Shown here in pieces: positions 61,677 through 64,000 of a DNA stretch of 64,000 nt (the stretch's first letter is position 1; each line of letters starts with the position of its first letter). Where the stretch lies: assembly GCA_963703955.1 (NCBI GenBank), contig CAVPGK010000015.1, positions 32,001-96,000 of the forward strand, in the 5' to 3' direction. Source of the stretch: Nitrospirota bacterium (GTDB lineage Bacteria > Nitrospirota > Nitrospiria > Nitrospirales > Nitrospiraceae). A program made the position numbers and the translations under genes. The notes beneath the pieces were generated by a model that saw nothing but the letters and a program-made list of their open reading frames with translations, ran no database searches and was not told the origin of the DNA.

Positions 61677-64000
61677 TTGCCTTCGCAATTCGTTCACCTG
61701 CACCTGCATACTCAGTACAGCCTGTTGGACGGCGCGAATCAGATCGATCCGCTCGTCAAACAGGTCAAGACCTTCAACATGCCGGCCGTCGCCATGACCG
61801 ACCACGGCAACATGTTTGGGGCGGTCGAGTTCTATCAAAAAACCCAAGCGGCTGGGGTCAAACCGATCATCGGCTGTGAAGCCTATATGGCGCCGGGGAG
61901 CCGTAGGAACCGGGAAGGCGCCCTCGCGCATAACGACTACTATCACCTGATTCTCCTGGCCTCGAACCGAACCGGCTATCAAAATCTCATCAAGTTGGTC
62001 AGCAAGGCTTACCTGGAGGGTTTCTACTACAAGCCCCGGATGGACAAAGAACTGTTGCAACGGCATCATGAAGGCTTGATCGCACTGTCCGGCTGCCTGA
62101 GCGGAGAAGTTCCTTACCTCATCGGGCAGAAAGACATGGAAGGTGCGATCCGCGCTGCGGGCGAGTACTGCGAGATCTTCGGAAAAGATCACTATTACCT
62201 TGAAGTCCAAGCCAACGGCCTGGAGCATCAGCGGATCGCGAATCGCGGATTGGTCGAGATCCACAAGAAACTGGACATTCCGCTCGCCGGCACGAACGAC
62301 TGTCATTACCTCAAGAAAGAGGACGCTCGACCGCACGATGTCATGCTCTGCCTGCAGACCGGCAAGACCATGAATGAGGCCAACCGTCTGCGCTTTGACA
62401 CCGACCAACTCTATGTGAAGTCGTCCGATGAGATGATCGGAGAGTTCGCGGAACTACCGGATGCAGTCGCCAATACCTGCCGCATCGCGGACCAATGCGA
62501 TCTGAAGCTGTCCTTTAACACCTCATATCTCCCGCAATACCAGGTGCCTGAGGGATACACCAGAGAAAGCTACCTCGAACAATTGGCAACGGCAGGTCTT
62601 GCCGCGCGTCTGCGAGAACGGCCGAGCGGTGTGCCATCGGAAGCCTACGAACTCCGTCTCAAGGAGGAACTGACAGTCATTCTTACGATGGGCTATGCCG
62701 GATATTTCCTTATCGTCTGGGACATCATCAACTTCGCTCGGTCGCGAGGTATTCCGGTTGGGCCCGGTCGAGGGTCCGCTGCCGGCAGTTTGGTGGCGTA
62801 TGCCTTGCGGATTACCGATCTCGACCCCTTAGTGTACAACCTCCTGTTTGAGCGGTTCCTGAACCCGGAGCGCATCTCGCTGCCGGATATCGACATGGAT
62901 TTTTGTATGGATCGCCGCGGCGAAGTCATCAACTACGTCATCGACAAATACGGCGAAGATCACGTGTGTCAGATTATCACATTCGGCACGCTGGGGGCGA
63001 AGGCAGCCATCCGTGATGTCGGGCGCGTGATGGAGATCCCCTATGCCGAGGTTGACCGGGTTGCGAAACTGGTGCCTAATCAGCTCAATATCACCTTAGA
63101 CCAGGCGTTGAGTCTGGAACCCAAACTTCAGGAATTGATCCAGGCCGACGTCAAGATCGCCGAACTGATGACCATCGCTCGCTCGCTCGAGGGCCTGGCC
63201 CGGCACGCCTCGACTCATGCGGCTGGCGTGGTGATCTCTCAGGAACCGCTGACGGACTACGTGCCTCTCTACAAAGGGGCCAACGATGAAATCGTCACTC
63301 AGTATTCTATGACTGATGTCGAGAAGATCGGACTGGTCAAGTTCGATCTTCTTGGGCTCAAGACGTTGACGATGATTCACCGCGCCGTCAGCCTGATCCA
63401 TGCCGGCCGGCAGTCTCACGCAGGCGAAGTGGATCCCCCGATAGACATGGCCAATCTCCCCCTGGATGACCAGGCAACCTATACCCTGCTTTCATCCGGC
63501 CGCGCTGCCGGAATTTTCCAACTGGAAAGCTCGGGGATGCGCAATCTGCTGATCAGAATCAAACCAGAACGCTTCGAAGACCTGATTGCTATTCTGGCTC
63601 TCTACCGACCCGGCCCGCTCGAAAGCGGGATGGTGGAAGATTTCATTAAGCGGAAACGCGACCCCTCGCAGATTTCCTATGACCCACCGGCGCTCGAACC
63701 AATCCTCAAGGATACGTACGGCGTGATCGTCTACCAGGAGCAGGTCATGGCGATTGCCAACCGGATCGCCGGCTTCTCCCTGGGACAAGCCGACCTGTTG
63801 CGGCGGGCCATGGGCAAGAAGAAGCCCGAGGAGATGGAGAAGCAGAAGGTCCTCTTCATTCAGGGCGCGAAGAAGCACCATCTGTCGGAGAAAAAGGCCG
63901 AAAGGCTCTTTGACCTCATGGCGTACTTTGCAGGGTACGGATTCAACAAGTCCCACTCGGCGGCATATGCTCTCGTCACATACCAGACAGCCTATCTCAA
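61677..64000 (+). CDS. dnaE: DNA polymerase III alpha subunit (3'-truncated; absent from the ORF track because no stop falls in the window)
   Basis: Translated from TTG at 61677: FVHLHLHTQYSLLDGA, TDHGNMFG, YYKPRMD, GPGRGSAAGS, FERFLNPER, PDIDMDF, THAAG, YGFNKSHSAAY. Confidence 0.96.
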   Translation, partial: MPSQFVHLHLHTQYSLLDGANQIDPLVKQVKTFNMPAVAMTDHGNMFGAVEFYQKTQAAGVKPIIGCEAYMAPGSRRNREGALAHNDYYHLILLASNRTGYQNLIKLVSKAYLEGFYYKPRMDKELLQRHHEGLIALSGCLSGEVPYLIGQKDMEGAIRAAGEYCEIFGKDHYYLEVQANGLEHQRIANRGLVEIHKKLDIPLAGTNDCHYLKKEDARPHDVMLCLQTGKTMNEANRLRFDTDQLYVKSSDEMIGEFAELPDAVANTCRIADQCDLKLSFNTSYLPQYQVPEGYTRESYLEQLATAGLAARLRERPSGVPSEAYELRLKEELTVILTMGYAGYFLIVWDIINFARSRGIPVGPGRGSAAGSLVAYALRITDLDPLVYNLLFERFLNPERISLPDIDMDFCMDRRGEVINYVIDKYGEDHVCQIITFGTLGAKAAIRDVGRVMEIPYAEVDRVAKLVPNQLNITLDQALSLEPKLQELIQADVKIAELMTIARSLEGLARHASTHAAGVVISQEPLTDYVPLYKGANDEIVTQYSMTDVEKIGLVKFDLLGLKTLTMIHRAVSLIHAGRQSHAGEVDPPIDMANLPLDDQATYTLLSSGRAAGIFQLESSGMRNLLIRIKPERFEDLIAILALYRPGPLESGMVEDFIKRKRDPSQISYDPPALEPILKDTYGVIVYQEQVMAIANRIAGFSLGQADLLRRAMGKKKPEEMEKQKVLFIQGAKKHHLSEKKAERLFDLMAYFAGYGFNKSHSAAYALVTYQTAYL

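Noticed and set aside
61677..64000. Intein or split in dnaE
   Set aside because: The visible part reads through as continuous PHP and polymerase domains with no intein motifs.

Overview
A GC-rich bacterial chromosomal segment. Gene content, small conserved hypothetical genes and intergenic repeats suggest a Nitrospira-like organism (inference; no rRNA is present). Most of it is core housekeeping: tsaD-hflX-nth-yicC-gmk-rpoZ-coaBC, aroQ-efp-accBC-thiE, bioD/bioA, putA, a desaturase, apbC, PDH E1/E2 plus lipA, lepA-lepB-rfaE1-kdsB-pyrG-kdsA-kdsD-pgsA-plsY, degP, an EF-G paralogue, radC, rsmD-coaD-aminotransferase, tsaC-purD-purH and a partial dnaE. Single-base indels break many genes, including pyrG, and are densest at 30.5-32.5 kb; they are most likely read or assembly errors. 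Highlights: (1) a seven-gene operon with its own promoter (GlmL-like ASKHA ATPase, soluble multi-domain protein, DUF6754-like protein, three more membrane proteins, small helical protein) with no B12 mutase nearby, a candidate uncharacterised membrane machine; (2) an AT-rich Sir2-family gene followed by an attC site with canonical spacing, i.e. an integron cassette with no integrase in the window and a candidate anti-phage gene; (3) a modular MITE family located just after stop codons, pieces of which appear to have entered coding sequence; (4) a probable ATC start for hflX, an EF-G2 with degenerate GTPase motifs, an RRE-fused MEMO1 with altered metal ligands, and a small zinc-ribbon gene with a sigma54/IHF promoter. 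All calls come from reading the sequence by eye; no database searches were run.
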